Source: Planctomycetota bacterium (lineage in GTDB: Bacteria; Planctomycetota; UBA1135; UBA2386). Taken from it: a stretch of DNA of 64,000 bases. The DNA lies in the NCBI GenBank assembly GCA_965228735.1, contig OZ245838.1, forward strand, positions 4,064,001 through 4,128,000, in the 5' to 3' direction. The translations under genes were made by a program, and so were the position numbers. This document shows positions 18,098 to 27,377 of the stretch, piece after piece. The notes under the pieces were generated by a model. That model worked only from the letters and a program-made list of their open reading frames with translations. It did not search any database and was not told the DNA's origin. Each line of letters opens with the position of its first letter. The first letter of the stretch is position 1.

Positions 18098-20752
18098 ATG
18101 AGCCCGAGAACCGCCCTCCTGATCGTGCTGCTGCTGGCCGGCGGCGCCGGCATCTACCTGCTGCTCGGGACCGGCGCGACGATCGCGCCGGACGACCCGA
18201 ACGGGCCTGTGACAGCTCCGGTCGGCAACGCCGGCGACCCGACCACGGCTACGGGCACCGGCGCGACGGACGCCACGACCGAGTCGACGACGCCCACCAC
18301 GATCCGCGACGCGGCCGACACCGCCGGTGGCGCCGTCGTTCCCGTTCCCGACGACGCGGAATGGATCGAGGTGCGCGTCGTCGCGGGAGCGACGGGCGAG
18401 CCGATCGCCAGCGCGGAGGTGTGGTGGTTCGACGACACGGTGACGGACTGGGTCGGCGACCGCCCCGAGCTCGTCCCCGAGGCCGAGCACCAGGTGCAAC
18501 GCGACATCGAGGACTTCGCGAGCCGCTTCGGCTGGCGCACCCAGAGCGACAGAAACGGCATCGCGCGGGTGCACCAGACTCGCACCACCGAGGTCGTCGC
18601 CCGCAGCGGCAAGCTGTTCGGGTCGGCCGAGGTCGGGAACAACCTCGTGCCACCCGCCGACGGCTTTCGGGTCACGCTCGTCGAGGACCGCGAGTTCGCC
18701 GTTCAGGTGCTGACGGCCGACGACACGCCGGCGATCGGCGTACCGATCATGGTCACGATCCAGCGCGAAGGCAGCAACCGCACCCAGCTGCTGCGCTACC
18801 AGTCGCTCGCCGCGACGCGCGCGCCGGACGGCATCGCCCGCCTGCGCCACGTGCAGGACTGGCCGGAATCGCTGCCGAAGGACGTCGCGTACACGCTGCG
18901 TGTGCGCACCGCGTTGCCCGGCCACCAGGACGAGGGCGTCGAGCTCGTTCTCGACGAGCTGCCCACCGAACCGATCGTGATGCGGCTGCCGACGACCGGC
19001 ACCGTCCTCGTGCGCATCGACGTACCCGAGGCGAATCCGACGCAAACGGCGACCCGCATCCAGCTGCGCGAGGCCGGGCCGACGACGCGGCGGCGGGCGA
19101 GCGCATCGCGGCGGGCGGGGCCGGACGGCTGGGCCCGCTTCGAACACATCGCGACCAACGCGACGCTGCGGGCCGTGGGCTACGTCGACGGCGGGTCCGT
19201 CAGCGCGGATGTCACGGGGCCGGCGACACCGGGCGGCACCGTCGAGGTCGTGCTGCGAGCCGACGGCGACGCGATCCGGCTCGTCGGGCGCCTGCTCGGC
19301 ACCGACGGTCAACCCGTCGCGGGCACGAAGTTCTCGCTGCGCCTGAACGGACGTCGCACCGGGCGCTTCACTCTCACGACCGATGACGACGGCCGCTTCC
19401 ACGCCCTGGTCGGCGCACCGCGCAGCAACGATCGCAACCAGGTCGACAGGATCACGGCGGTGCTGCAGCAAGCCGGTGAACGCCCGCTCACCGCGAGCGT
19501 CGGCGCGCGCGAGCTGCGCTCGGGCATCCAGAACCTCGGTGACTTCCGGCTCGCCCTGCCGCCGCTGATCGTCGCGGGGCGCTGCACGATGAACGGCGAA
19601 CCCGCGGCCCTGTCGTCGGGATCGCGCATCGAGTACGAGCACCGCCGTGAGAATCGCGATCCCCGATGGCGGCGGGTGAGCAACACCATGCTCTACGCGG
19701 GCGACGACGGCACGTTCGCCTACTACGGCGAGACCACGCACGACCAGCTGCGGCTGACCCCGCGCGGCGATCACCTGCCGGCGGAGCCGATCGCGTTTCG
19801 CCGCGGCCAGCGCGACCTGCGCGTCGAGCTCACGAGCGGCAGCGGAGTCGTCGCGACCATCCTGCTCGATCAGGTCGGCTGGCTGCGGCCGATCGCGCGC
19901 CTCGTGCGCACGAGCCCGCCGGCGAACGGCACTGCGGTGACGGACAGCGAGCCTGTCGTCGCGCGCCTGAACAGCCGCGACGATGACCGCTTCCAAGCGC
20001 GCTGGCGCGAGCTCGTCCCCGGCACGTTCGACCTCGAGATCGCGCTGCCCGGCATCATCGAGCCCCTGGTCCGCATTCCCGACGTCCAGGTGCCGCAACC
20101 GCCCGGCGGCGATCCGCGGCTCGTCGACATCGACCTCCAAAGCCGCTGCCGGTTCCAGGTCATCCGGCTGTTCGACTACGCGGGCGCGCCGGTCGAACGC
20201 GCCAGCCGATTCAACCGCGGCGGCCTGTTCCCGGCGGGCCAGCCAGCCGACGAGGAGCTCGTCGGCGCGCAGTTCTCGGGTCACGAGAACAAGATCCTGC
20301 TGCCAACGGAGCAGACCGAGGTGCTCATCGCCGTCGCCGGCTACCGGCCGACGACCGTGCTCTGCACGGGCGAACCCGTCGACGTGCGGCTCGACCGCTG
20401 GCCATCGGTCCAGCTCACCCTGCCCGATCTGCCCGCGCTCGACGACGGCTTCGACCTCGCCGTTCGCCTGCTGCCCGGCAACGACCGCCGCCGCTACCGC
20501 GCGGGCTGGTCGCGCGGCAACCTGCGCTATCTGCTCGCGCCGCCGGAGACCGCGGTGAAGTTCGAGAACGGCGTCGCCGAGCTGTTCGTCGACGACACCC
20601 TGCGCCGCGCGCAGGTCGTCGTGCGCCGCGGCCGATCCACGATGGGCGTCAAGATGCCCGAGGTGCACGTCTCCTCGACGACGGGCGGCCGCCAGATGCC
20701 GGTCACGGCCGAAGCCGTCGAAGCGGCGGCGAAGCTGCTGCGACGCGACTGA
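18098..20752 (+). CDS. Large membrane-anchored/secreted protein with repeated carboxypeptidase-regulatory-like beta-sandwich domains
   Basis: N-terminal hydrophobic anchor, Thr/Pro linker, repeated V.V....GEPIA.A.V, GRLLGTDGQPVAG and TTDDDGRF motifs. Confidence 0.65.
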   Translation: MSPRTALLIVLLLAGGAGIYLLLGTGATIAPDDPNGPVTAPVGNAGDPTTATGTGATDATTESTTPTTIRDAADTAGGAVVPVPDDAEWIEVRVVAGATGEPIASAEVWWFDDTVTDWVGDRPELVPEAEHQVQRDIEDFASRFGWRTQSDRNGIARVHQTRTTEVVARSGKLFGSAEVGNNLVPPADGFRVTLVEDREFAVQVLTADDTPAIGVPIMVTIQREGSNRTQLLRYQSLAATRAPDGIARLRHVQDWPESLPKDVAYTLRVRTALPGHQDEGVELVLDELPTEPIVMRLPTTGTVLVRIDVPEANPTQTATRIQLREAGPTTRRRASASRRAGPDGWARFEHIATNATLRAVGYVDGGSVSADVTGPATPGGTVEVVLRADGDAIRLVGRLLGTDGQPVAGTKFSLRLNGRRTGRFTLTTDDDGRFHALVGAPRSNDRNQVDRITAVLQQAGERPLTASVGARELRSGIQNLGDFRLALPPLIVAGRCTMNGEPAALSSGSRIEYEHRRENRDPRWRRVSNTMLYAGDDGTFAYYGETTHDQLRLTPRGDHLPAEPIAFRRGQRDLRVELTSGSGVVATILLDQVGWLRPIARLVRTSPPANGTAVTDSEPVVARLNSRDDDRFQARWRELVPGTFDLEIALPGIIEPLVRIPDVQVPQPPGGDPRLVDIDLQSRCRFQVIRLFDYAGAPVERASRFNRGGLFPAGQPADEELVGAQFSGHENKILLPTEQTEVLIAVAGYRPTTVLCTGEPVDVRLDRWPSVQLTLPDLPALDDGFDLAVRLLPGNDRRRYRAGWSRGNLRYLLAPPETAVKFENGVAELFVDDTLRRAQVVVRRGRSTMGVKMPEVHVSSTTGGRQMPVTAEAVEAAAKLLRRD

Positions 20753-20873
20753 GGGCCAACAGGAAGTCGAAAGTCCGAAAGCGGCGAGACGTTCATCGCC
20801 AGCCCGGTGGCCACGTGGCCCGCCGGCCCTACGATGCTGCCCCCGTTGCGCACCCCGGCTGTGACCTCCTGAC

Positions 20874-21107
20874 ATGACGAACAAGATCCGCAAGGTCTGG
20901 ATCGAAGACGGCTGCATCTCCTGCCAGGTGTGTCAGGACATCGCGCCGCAGGTGTTCCTCGTCGAGGACGGCGAGGATTGCGTCGTGCTGGCCGATGCGG
21001 CGCAGCACTTCGGCCCGCTCGCGGAGGACATCGAACAGGCGGTCGAGGACTGTCCGGTCGAGGTGATCAAGATCGCCGGCGAAGGCGACGAAGCGGCGAC
21101 CGAGTAG
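20874..21107 (+). CDS. Ferredoxin (single-cluster type)
   Basis: CISCQVC...CPVEVI, acidic, 77 aa. Confidence 0.9.
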   Translation: MTNKIRKVWIEDGCISCQVCQDIAPQVFLVEDGEDCVVLADAAQHFGPLAEDIEQAVEDCPVEVIKIAGEGDEAATE

Positions 21108-21119
21108 CTCGCGTTCGCG

Positions 21120-24100
21120 CTACCGCGTGACGCTGACGTTGAAGTACTTCGCGGCCGGGTGGTGGCAGATCACCGCGGACGTGCTCTGTTCGGGCACGAG
21201 CTGGAACTCCTCGCTCAGCGAAACGCCGATCCGTGAAGCCTCCAGCAGCATGAGCAGCTTGTCCTGGTCCTCGATGTTCGGGCACGCGGGGTAGCCGAAC
21301 GAGTACCGACTGCCCTGGTACTTCTGCTTGAAGAGGTCGTCGATGTCGGCGGCGTCCTCGTGCGCGATGCGCAGCTGCTGGCGGATGCGCTTGTGCCAGT
21401 ACTCGGCGAGCGCCTCGGCACCCTCGACGGACAGGCCGTGGAAGTGCAGATACTCGTCGTAGCGGTTCTCCTTGAACAACCGCTCGCTCTCGGTCGTCGC
21501 GACGGCGCCCATCGTCACGAGCGACAGGCCGATGATGTCGTGCTCGCCACTCTCCTTGCCGCGGAAGAAGTCGGACAGGCACAAGCGGCGCCCGCCGGGC
21601 TGCCGCGGGAACTCGAAGCGGCAGAGCTCGCGCGCGCGATCGTTCGGATCGAGCACGACGACCGCGTTCTTGTCGCTGAAGCACGGCCAGTAGCCGTAGA
21701 CGACGCGCGGCTGCAGCACCTTCTCCTCGCGCACGCGCTTGACGAGCTCGCGGAACCGCGGCTCGACGGTCGACTGGATGAACGCCTCGTAGTCCTCGTC
21801 GCTGCGCTTGCCCTTCTTGTACTGCCACTGCAGCCGGTAGAGCGCCTTCTTGTTCACGTACTGCAGCACGGTGCCGAGGTCGAGCTCGTCCGGCCCGACC
21901 ACCTGCGCGCCCCAGAAGGGGGCTTCCGGGATCGTCACCGCGGGCTCGACCCCGCTGTCCGCATACTCGGTGAACGCGTGCTCGAGCATCTTCTCCTTCT
22001 CGGCGCGCGTCAGGCGGCGGTGGCTCGTCACCCGCTTGTTGGGATCGCTCGGCGCCTGCGTCAGGGTCTTGGCCTTGGAGCGACCCGTGAGCTCGTCCAT
22101 GATGTGCAGCCCCGAGAACGCGTCCTTGCCGTAGTACACCGGCCCGGTCCCGTAGGCATCGCGCAGATCGTTCTCGACGAAGTGCCGATTGAGCGCCGCA
22201 CCGCCGCACACGACAGGCGTCTCGATGCCGCGCTGGGTCATGATCTCGAGGTTCTCCTTCATGATCGCCGTCGACTTCACGAGCAGCCCGCTCATGCCGA
22301 TGGCCTGCGCCTTGCTCTCACGCGCCGACTCGAGGATCTGCTCGACCGGTACCTTGATGCCGAGGTTGACGACCCTGTAGCCGTTGTTGCTGACGACGAT
22401 ATCGACGAGATTCTTGCCGATGTCGTGCACGTCGCCGCGCACGGTCGCGAGCACCATCGTGCCCTTCTCCTCGCCCTCGACCTTCTCCATGTGCGGCTCG
22501 AGGTGCGCGACGGCGGCCTTCATCGCCTCGGCGCTCTGCAGCACGAACGGCAGCTGCATCTCGCCGCGCCCGAACAGGTCACCGACGACCTTCATGCCGT
22601 CGAGCAGGATCTCGTTGATGATCTCGAGCGGCTTGTACTTCTTGAGCGCCTCGTCGAGGTGCTTGCCGATGCCGATCTTGTTGCCGTCGATGATGCGCTT
22701 CTCGAGGCGCTCCTCGACCGGCAGCGAGTCCTCGTCGACGCCGCCGCCGAGGTCCGCGCGCTTCTGGCCCGCGAAGCGCTCGATGAACTTGAACAACGGG
22801 TCGTAGTCGTCCGTGCGCCGGTCGTAGATCAGGTCGAGCGTGACCTTGCGATCGTCCTCGTCGAGCTTGTGCATCGGCACGATCTTGCTCGCGTGCACGA
22901 TCGCCGCGTCGAGGCCGTGCTGCAGCGCCTCGGCCATGTAGACCGAGTTGAGGATCTGGCGCGGGTACGGGTCGAGGCCGAAGCTGATGTTGGACAGTCC
23001 GAGGATCGTGCGAACGCCCGGGATGTTCTCCTTGATGAGCTTGATGCCCTCGAGCGTCTGGACGCCGGCGTCGCGCGACGCCTCGTCGCCGGAGCCGATC
23101 GTGAACGTCAACGGGTCGAACAGCAGGTCGCCAGGCTGCAGCCCGTGGCGGTTGACGACGATGTCGTAGAGGCGCCTGGCGACCGCGAGCTTCTGATCTG
23201 CGGTCTTGGCCATGCCCTCCTCGTCGATCGTCAGCGCGACGAACATCGCGCCGTAGCGGCGCGCGAGCCGGCAGAGCTCGTCCGCCTTGCCCTCGCCGTC
23301 CTCGAGGTTGATCGAGTTGATGATCGCGCGGCCCGGCACGACCTTGAGCGCGGCCTCGACGACGTCGAGCTGCGTGCTGTCGATCATGATCGGCAGCGTG
23401 ACCTGCTGCACCATCGGCCGCAGCAGTCCGAGCATGTCGGCGGTCTCGTCGCGGCCGACGTAGGCGGTGCAGACGTCGAGGACGTGCGCGCCCTCCTTCA
23501 TCTGCTCCTTGCCCATCGCGAGCATGCCCTCGACGTCGCCCTCGAGCATGAGCTCGCGGAACTTCTTGCTGCCGTTCGCGTTCGTCCGCTCGCCGACGAG
23601 CAGCGGCCCGCTGTCCTGGTCGAGCGGCATCGAGTGGAAGAGCGACGCGACCTGCGGCTCGAAGTCGGTCGGGCGCTCGGCCGCCTTCATGCCCTCGACC
23701 GCCTTGGCCATCGCCTCGACGTGCTCGATCGTCGTGCCGCAGCAACCGCCGATCACCGCGATGCCGAACTCCTCGACGAACTTCGCCTGGAACCGCGCGA
23801 GCTCCTCGGGCGTGAGGTCGTAGACGGCCTGGCCGCCGACGTTGCGCGGCAGGCCGGCGTTGGGCATGACCATGATCTGCCGCGTCGTGCTCTTGCCGAG
23901 ATAGCGCACCGACTCCTGCATGAGGTCGGGACCCGTCGCGCAGTTGAGCCCGACGACGTCGACCGGCAGCGCCTCGAGCGTCGTCACCGCGCCCTGGATG
24001 TCGGTGCCGACGAGCATCGTGCCCGTCGTCTCGATCGTGACCGTGCAGAAGATCGGCACCTCGCGGCCGAGCTCCGCCATCGCGTCGCGCGCGGCGATCA

Positions 24101-24641
24101 CGGCGAGCTTGACCTGCAGGATGTCCTGGCACGTTTCGATGTTGAGGCAGTCGACGCCGCCCGCGATCAGGCCCTTGGCGTAGACCTTGTAGGCCTCGAA
24201 CAGCTCGTCGCCGGTGATGTGACCGAGCGTCACGAGCTTGGTCCCCGGCCCCATCGAGCCCGACACGAATCGCGGCCGCTCGGGGGTCGAGAAGCGATCC
24301 GCCGATTCGCGCGCGACCCTGGCCGCCATCTCGTTGAGCTCGAACGCCCGGCTGCCGAGGTCGAACTCGTCGAGCACGTAGGGCATGCCGCCGAACGAGT
24401 CGGTCTCGACGACGTCGGCGCCGGCCTCGAAATAGCGATCGTGGATCGCGCCGATCACGTCGGGGCGGGTCTCGACGAGGATCTCGTTGCAGCCTTCGAG
24501 GTTCTTGAAGTCGTCGAGCGTCAGGTCCGCGGACTGGATCTGCGTCCCCATCGCGCCATCGAAGACGAGAACGCGATCGCGCATCACACGCAGGATGGGG
24601 AAGCGCTCGATGCGCTCTCTGGGGTCGAATCGTGCCGTCAT
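21120..24641 (-). CDS. metH: Cobalamin-dependent methionine synthase
   Basis: DGAMGT, GLNCATGP, GGCCGT, VGERTNANGS, B12 motif GDVHDIGKN...MSGLL, RYSFGYPACP. Start set at MTARF (24641). Confidence 0.97.
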   Translation of the reverse strand: MTARFDPRERIERFPILRVMRDRVLVFDGAMGTQIQSADLTLDDFKNLEGCNEILVETRPDVIGAIHDRYFEAGADVVETDSFGGMPYVLDEFDLGSRAFELNEMAARVARESADRFSTPERPRFVSGSMGPGTKLVTLGHITGDELFEAYKVYAKGLIAGGVDCLNIETCQDILQVKLAVIAARDAMAELGREVPIFCTVTIETTGTMLVGTDIQGAVTTLEALPVDVVGLNCATGPDLMQESVRYLGKSTTRQIMVMPNAGLPRNVGGQAVYDLTPEELARFQAKFVEEFGIAVIGGCCGTTIEHVEAMAKAVEGMKAAERPTDFEPQVASLFHSMPLDQDSGPLLVGERTNANGSKKFRELMLEGDVEGMLAMGKEQMKEGAHVLDVCTAYVGRDETADMLGLLRPMVQQVTLPIMIDSTQLDVVEAALKVVPGRAIINSINLEDGEGKADELCRLARRYGAMFVALTIDEEGMAKTADQKLAVARRLYDIVVNRHGLQPGDLLFDPLTFTIGSGDEASRDAGVQTLEGIKLIKENIPGVRTILGLSNISFGLDPYPRQILNSVYMAEALQHGLDAAIVHASKIVPMHKLDEDDRKVTLDLIYDRRTDDYDPLFKFIERFAGQKRADLGGGVDEDSLPVEERLEKRIIDGNKIGIGKHLDEALKKYKPLEIINEILLDGMKVVGDLFGRGEMQLPFVLQSAEAMKAAVAHLEPHMEKVEGEEKGTMVLATVRGDVHDIGKNLVDIVVSNNGYRVVNLGIKVPVEQILESARESKAQAIGMSGLLVKSTAIMKENLEIMTQRGIETPVVCGGAALNRHFVENDLRDAYGTGPVYYGKDAFSGLHIMDELTGRSKAKTLTQAPSDPNKRVTSHRRLTRAEKEKMLEHAFTEYADSGVEPAVTIPEAPFWGAQVVGPDELDLGTVLQYVNKKALYRLQWQYKKGKRSDEDYEAFIQSTVEPRFRELVKRVREEKVLQPRVVYGYWPCFSDKNAVVVLDPNDRARELCRFEFPRQPGGRRLCLSDFFRGKESGEHDIIGLSLVTMGAVATTESERLFKENRYDEYLHFHGLSVEGAEALAEYWHKRIRQQLRIAHEDAADIDDLFKQKYQGSRYSFGYPACPNIEDQDKLLMLLEASRIGVSLSEEFQLVPEQSTSAVICHHPAAKYFNVSVTR

Positions 24642-24790
24642 TGCCGCCTGGCCGAACGAGCATAGCGACGGCGACAAGCCAGCAAACGGCAATCGTGGGT
24701 AACGGGCGGCGGCGGCACCTACCGCGCCACCGTCCGAATTTCGACCCGCCGGCAATCGTACGCCCGCGCAGATCGCCGGCGCGCCGCCGC

Positions 24791-26752
24791 CTACTTCGTC
24801 GGCATCACGATACCGATGCGCTGCGGCTCGGCCGTGATCACGGTCGAGATGTACGCCGTGCCGCGATCCTTGCTCGTCACCCAGAGCTCCAACGGCCCGA
24901 GTGGCAGTCTTCGTATCGGGCCATCGGGCACGTCGACGGTGCGATCGGCGTACGTCACCTCCGCGCCGATCTCGTCGCCGTCGGCGTCGGTGACCGCGAT
25001 CGTGAGCTGGCCCGTCGGCGCCGTGAACCGCCACGGGCCATCACCCTCGATCGGGAAGCGCACGGCCTGATTGCCGGTCTCGTCACCGCGCAGTTCGACG
25101 ACGTCGCCGGCCATGAGGTCGGGCCCGCGCCAGTCACCGGCATCGCCGAGCTCGAACTTCATCCACCGATCCGGCCCCTGGAAGCCGGCGCGCGCCCAGC
25201 GGACCTTCGCACGTTTGCACGGCCCGGCAGCATCCGAGATCACGAGCTGCGGCGCCGTGCCCAGCGCCAGATCGCCGAGCGCCACGACGCGATCGTCGCC
25301 GCGCAGCGGCAAGGTCACGAACACCAGGCGATGCACGAGCCCCGGTGTCGCCGGCGCGATCTCGAGCATCGCCTTCCCCGTACGCGTCGCCGTGAGCTCG
25401 AACCGACCATCGGGGCACTGCGTGTATGCGTCCCCCTCGTCGTCGTCGCCGCGACCCCAGCCCCGAACCCAGCGCACCTGTGCCGCGATCAGAGCGCCGC
25501 TGCCATCGACGATCCGACCGGTCACCCGGGTCGGCGGCCACGGCCGCAGCTCGACCGCGCCGTCGAACAATTCCTGCACGTCGGCGAACGCGAACGTGCG
25601 CTGACCCGCCCAGCCGTCCTCGTGCAACGGCCGGCACGTCAGAGCGAACGGCCCGGTGGCCGGCACCTCGACGCTGCCGTCCTCGACGTCGAACCGCTTG
25701 TCGAACCCGGGTGCCGTGGCGAACGCGCTGACCTTGGTCGGGTCGACACCCTCGGCAAACGCGACCCGGACGAGGCGCAACTCCGGCAACGGCAGCACCG
25801 CGGGCGGCTTGCCGTCCGGGCCTTCGACCGTTCCTTCGTGCGGATCGTCACCGCGCGGGTCCGGCAGCCGCAGCGTGATGGGATAGACGGCGCGGTCGGG
25901 CGTGCTGAACCACACGCCGTGGCCGAAACGTGTGCGCACATGGTTCGCGCCGATGTCGGGGTCGGCGCCGAGCAGCGTGAACGTGCCGTCCAACGCCGTT
26001 CTGGCCCACGGTCCGCGATGCACATCGGGCGCCGCGACGTGCGCACCGGCGACGGGCGCTCCGAGGTGATCGACGACCTTGCCGGTCAGCGCGTACGACC
26101 AGTCGCAATCGACGATGACCGGCGGGTCCCCCGGACGCCAGTCGATGCAGTGATAGCCGAGCCCGAGGCCTGCACGCTGCACGTAGACGTCACGGATGTG
26201 ATTGTAGGGATCGACGCCGCGCAGGATCGCGATCCCGTCCTCACCGGTCGTCGCGTTCACGAGGTCCGGGGTATGACCGCAACCGCCGCAGTAACCGACG
26301 AACGCGCCTTTGGCCGGACGCTTCTGCCAGTCGCGCACGAGGATCGGCACGTCGAACGGGCGATTGAGCCGCCAATTCTCGTACTCACCGCCCGAGCGAC
26401 TGCACACGCCGTAGTCGGGGTGCTTGACGATCTGCTCGTCGATATCGCCGCCGATCTTGCCGATGGGGACGTCGATGAGCCCGTCGTCGTCGGACGTGGC
26501 CTTCGCGAGGTACCAGAAGTCGCCGGCTATCGGCGTCTTCGACTCGCGCAGGAAGAACACCTCGGCGCCTGCGACCGGCGCACCGGTCAGATCGTCGAGC
26601 ACTCGGAAGCAGAGCCAGTCGGGCCGGTAGAACTGCCCCGGTACGCGGTCCTCGGAGAGTTCGACGCGCGCCTGAGCAACCAGCCCGGATCCGAGTGTGG
26701 CGAGGGCGATGGCAGAGCTGACTCGCAGGGAGGACAGGTTCACGTTCACCAC
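24791..26752 (-). CDS. Secreted hypothetical protein with carboxypeptidase-regulatory-like domains and a CGGCGH motif
   Basis: Signal-like N-terminus (AIALATLGSGLVAQ), repeated G.VVD..GAPVAGA.V motifs. Start uncertain (GTG at 26752, 26749 or 26743). Confidence 0.65.
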   Translation of the reverse strand: MVNVNLSSLRVSSAIALATLGSGLVAQARVELSEDRVPGQFYRPDWLCFRVLDDLTGAPVAGAEVFFLRESKTPIAGDFWYLAKATSDDDGLIDVPIGKIGGDIDEQIVKHPDYGVCSRSGGEYENWRLNRPFDVPILVRDWQKRPAKGAFVGYCGGCGHTPDLVNATTGEDGIAILRGVDPYNHIRDVYVQRAGLGLGYHCIDWRPGDPPVIVDCDWSYALTGKVVDHLGAPVAGAHVAAPDVHRGPWARTALDGTFTLLGADPDIGANHVRTRFGHGVWFSTPDRAVYPITLRLPDPRGDDPHEGTVEGPDGKPPAVLPLPELRLVRVAFAEGVDPTKVSAFATAPGFDKRFDVEDGSVEVPATGPFALTCRPLHEDGWAGQRTFAFADVQELFDGAVELRPWPPTRVTGRIVDGSGALIAAQVRWVRGWGRGDDDEGDAYTQCPDGRFELTATRTGKAMLEIAPATPGLVHRLVFVTLPLRGDDRVVALGDLALGTAPQLVISDAAGPCKRAKVRWARAGFQGPDRWMKFELGDAGDWRGPDLMAGDVVELRGDETGNQAVRFPIEGDGPWRFTAPTGQLTIAVTDADGDEIGAEVTYADRTVDVPDGPIRRLPLGPLELWVTSKDRGTAYISTVITAEPQRIGIVMPTK

Positions 26753-26761
26753 GGTATCACG

Positions 26762-26777
26762 GCAACCCCCGTGCCAA
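26762..26777 (-). promoter_or_regulatory. Sigma54 (-24/-12) promoter for the secreted protein gene
   Basis: Minus strand TTGGCACGGGGGTTGC, exact GG-N10-GC spacing, in the 52-bp gap after the ECF gene. Confidence 0.65.
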
Positions 26778-26804
26778 GCTGCCGCCCCGAACCGCCGCGT
26801 CGGG

Positions 26805-27377
26805 CTATCGGGCGAGCCAGGTGTCGACCACCTTGCCGAGCTGCTGACGCAGCAGCGCCTTGCTGCGATGCACGCGCACCTGCAGCGTGTTCGGGCTCGC
26901 CTCGCAGAGCTCGCTCATCTCCGCGTAGGACAGCCCTTCGACGTGGAACAGCACGAACGCCTCGCGCATCACGATCGGCAGCCGGTCGATCGCGAGCGCG
27001 AGCTGCGCCGCGGACTCGCGCCGGACGATCGAGCTGAGGGCCGAACGCGAACGGTCGGGCACGCTGCAAAGCGCCGCGTCGCCCTCGTGCGTGCGGCGCA
27101 CCTCGTCGCGCAGGAAGTTGCGGCACCGGTTGACCGCGATCGCGAGCAGCCAGCTCGCGAACCGCGCCGGGTCCTGCAGTTGTCCGATCTTCTCGAAGCC
27201 CGACCGCAGTGCGTCCTGCGCGACGTCGTCCGCGATGGCGTCGTCGCCGGTCATCACGACGAGGTAGCGCGCGAGCCGTTCGCGCTGGGTAGCGAACAGG
27301 CTCTCGAACGCGGCGCGGTCACCGCTCTGCGCGCGGCGAACCAGCTCGAGGTCGACGGGTTCGTCACTCGACGCCAC
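26805..27377 (-). CDS. ECF-type RNA polymerase sigma-70 factor
   Basis: LVRRAQSGDRAAFESL, ADDVAQD, FASWLLAIAVNRCRN, region 4 REAFVLFHVEGLSYAEM...RVHRS. Confidence 0.93.
   Translation of the reverse strand: MASSDEPVDLELVRRAQSGDRAAFESLFATQRERLARYLVVMTGDDAIADDVAQDALRSGFEKIGQLQDPARFASWLLAIAVNRCRNFLRDEVRRTHEGDAALCSVPDRSRSALSSIVRRESAAQLALAIDRLPIVMREAFVLFHVEGLSYAEMSELCEASPNTLQVRVHRSKALLRQQLGKVVDTWLAR

Noticed and set aside
24642..24790. Cobalamin or SAM riboswitch upstream of metH
   Set aside because: The gap is only about 150 bp and I could not identify a B12 box or S-box core.
26270..26295. c-type cytochrome call from CGGCGH
   Set aside because: The motif is CxxCxH, not CxxCH, and the surrounding sequence is beta-sandwich-like.
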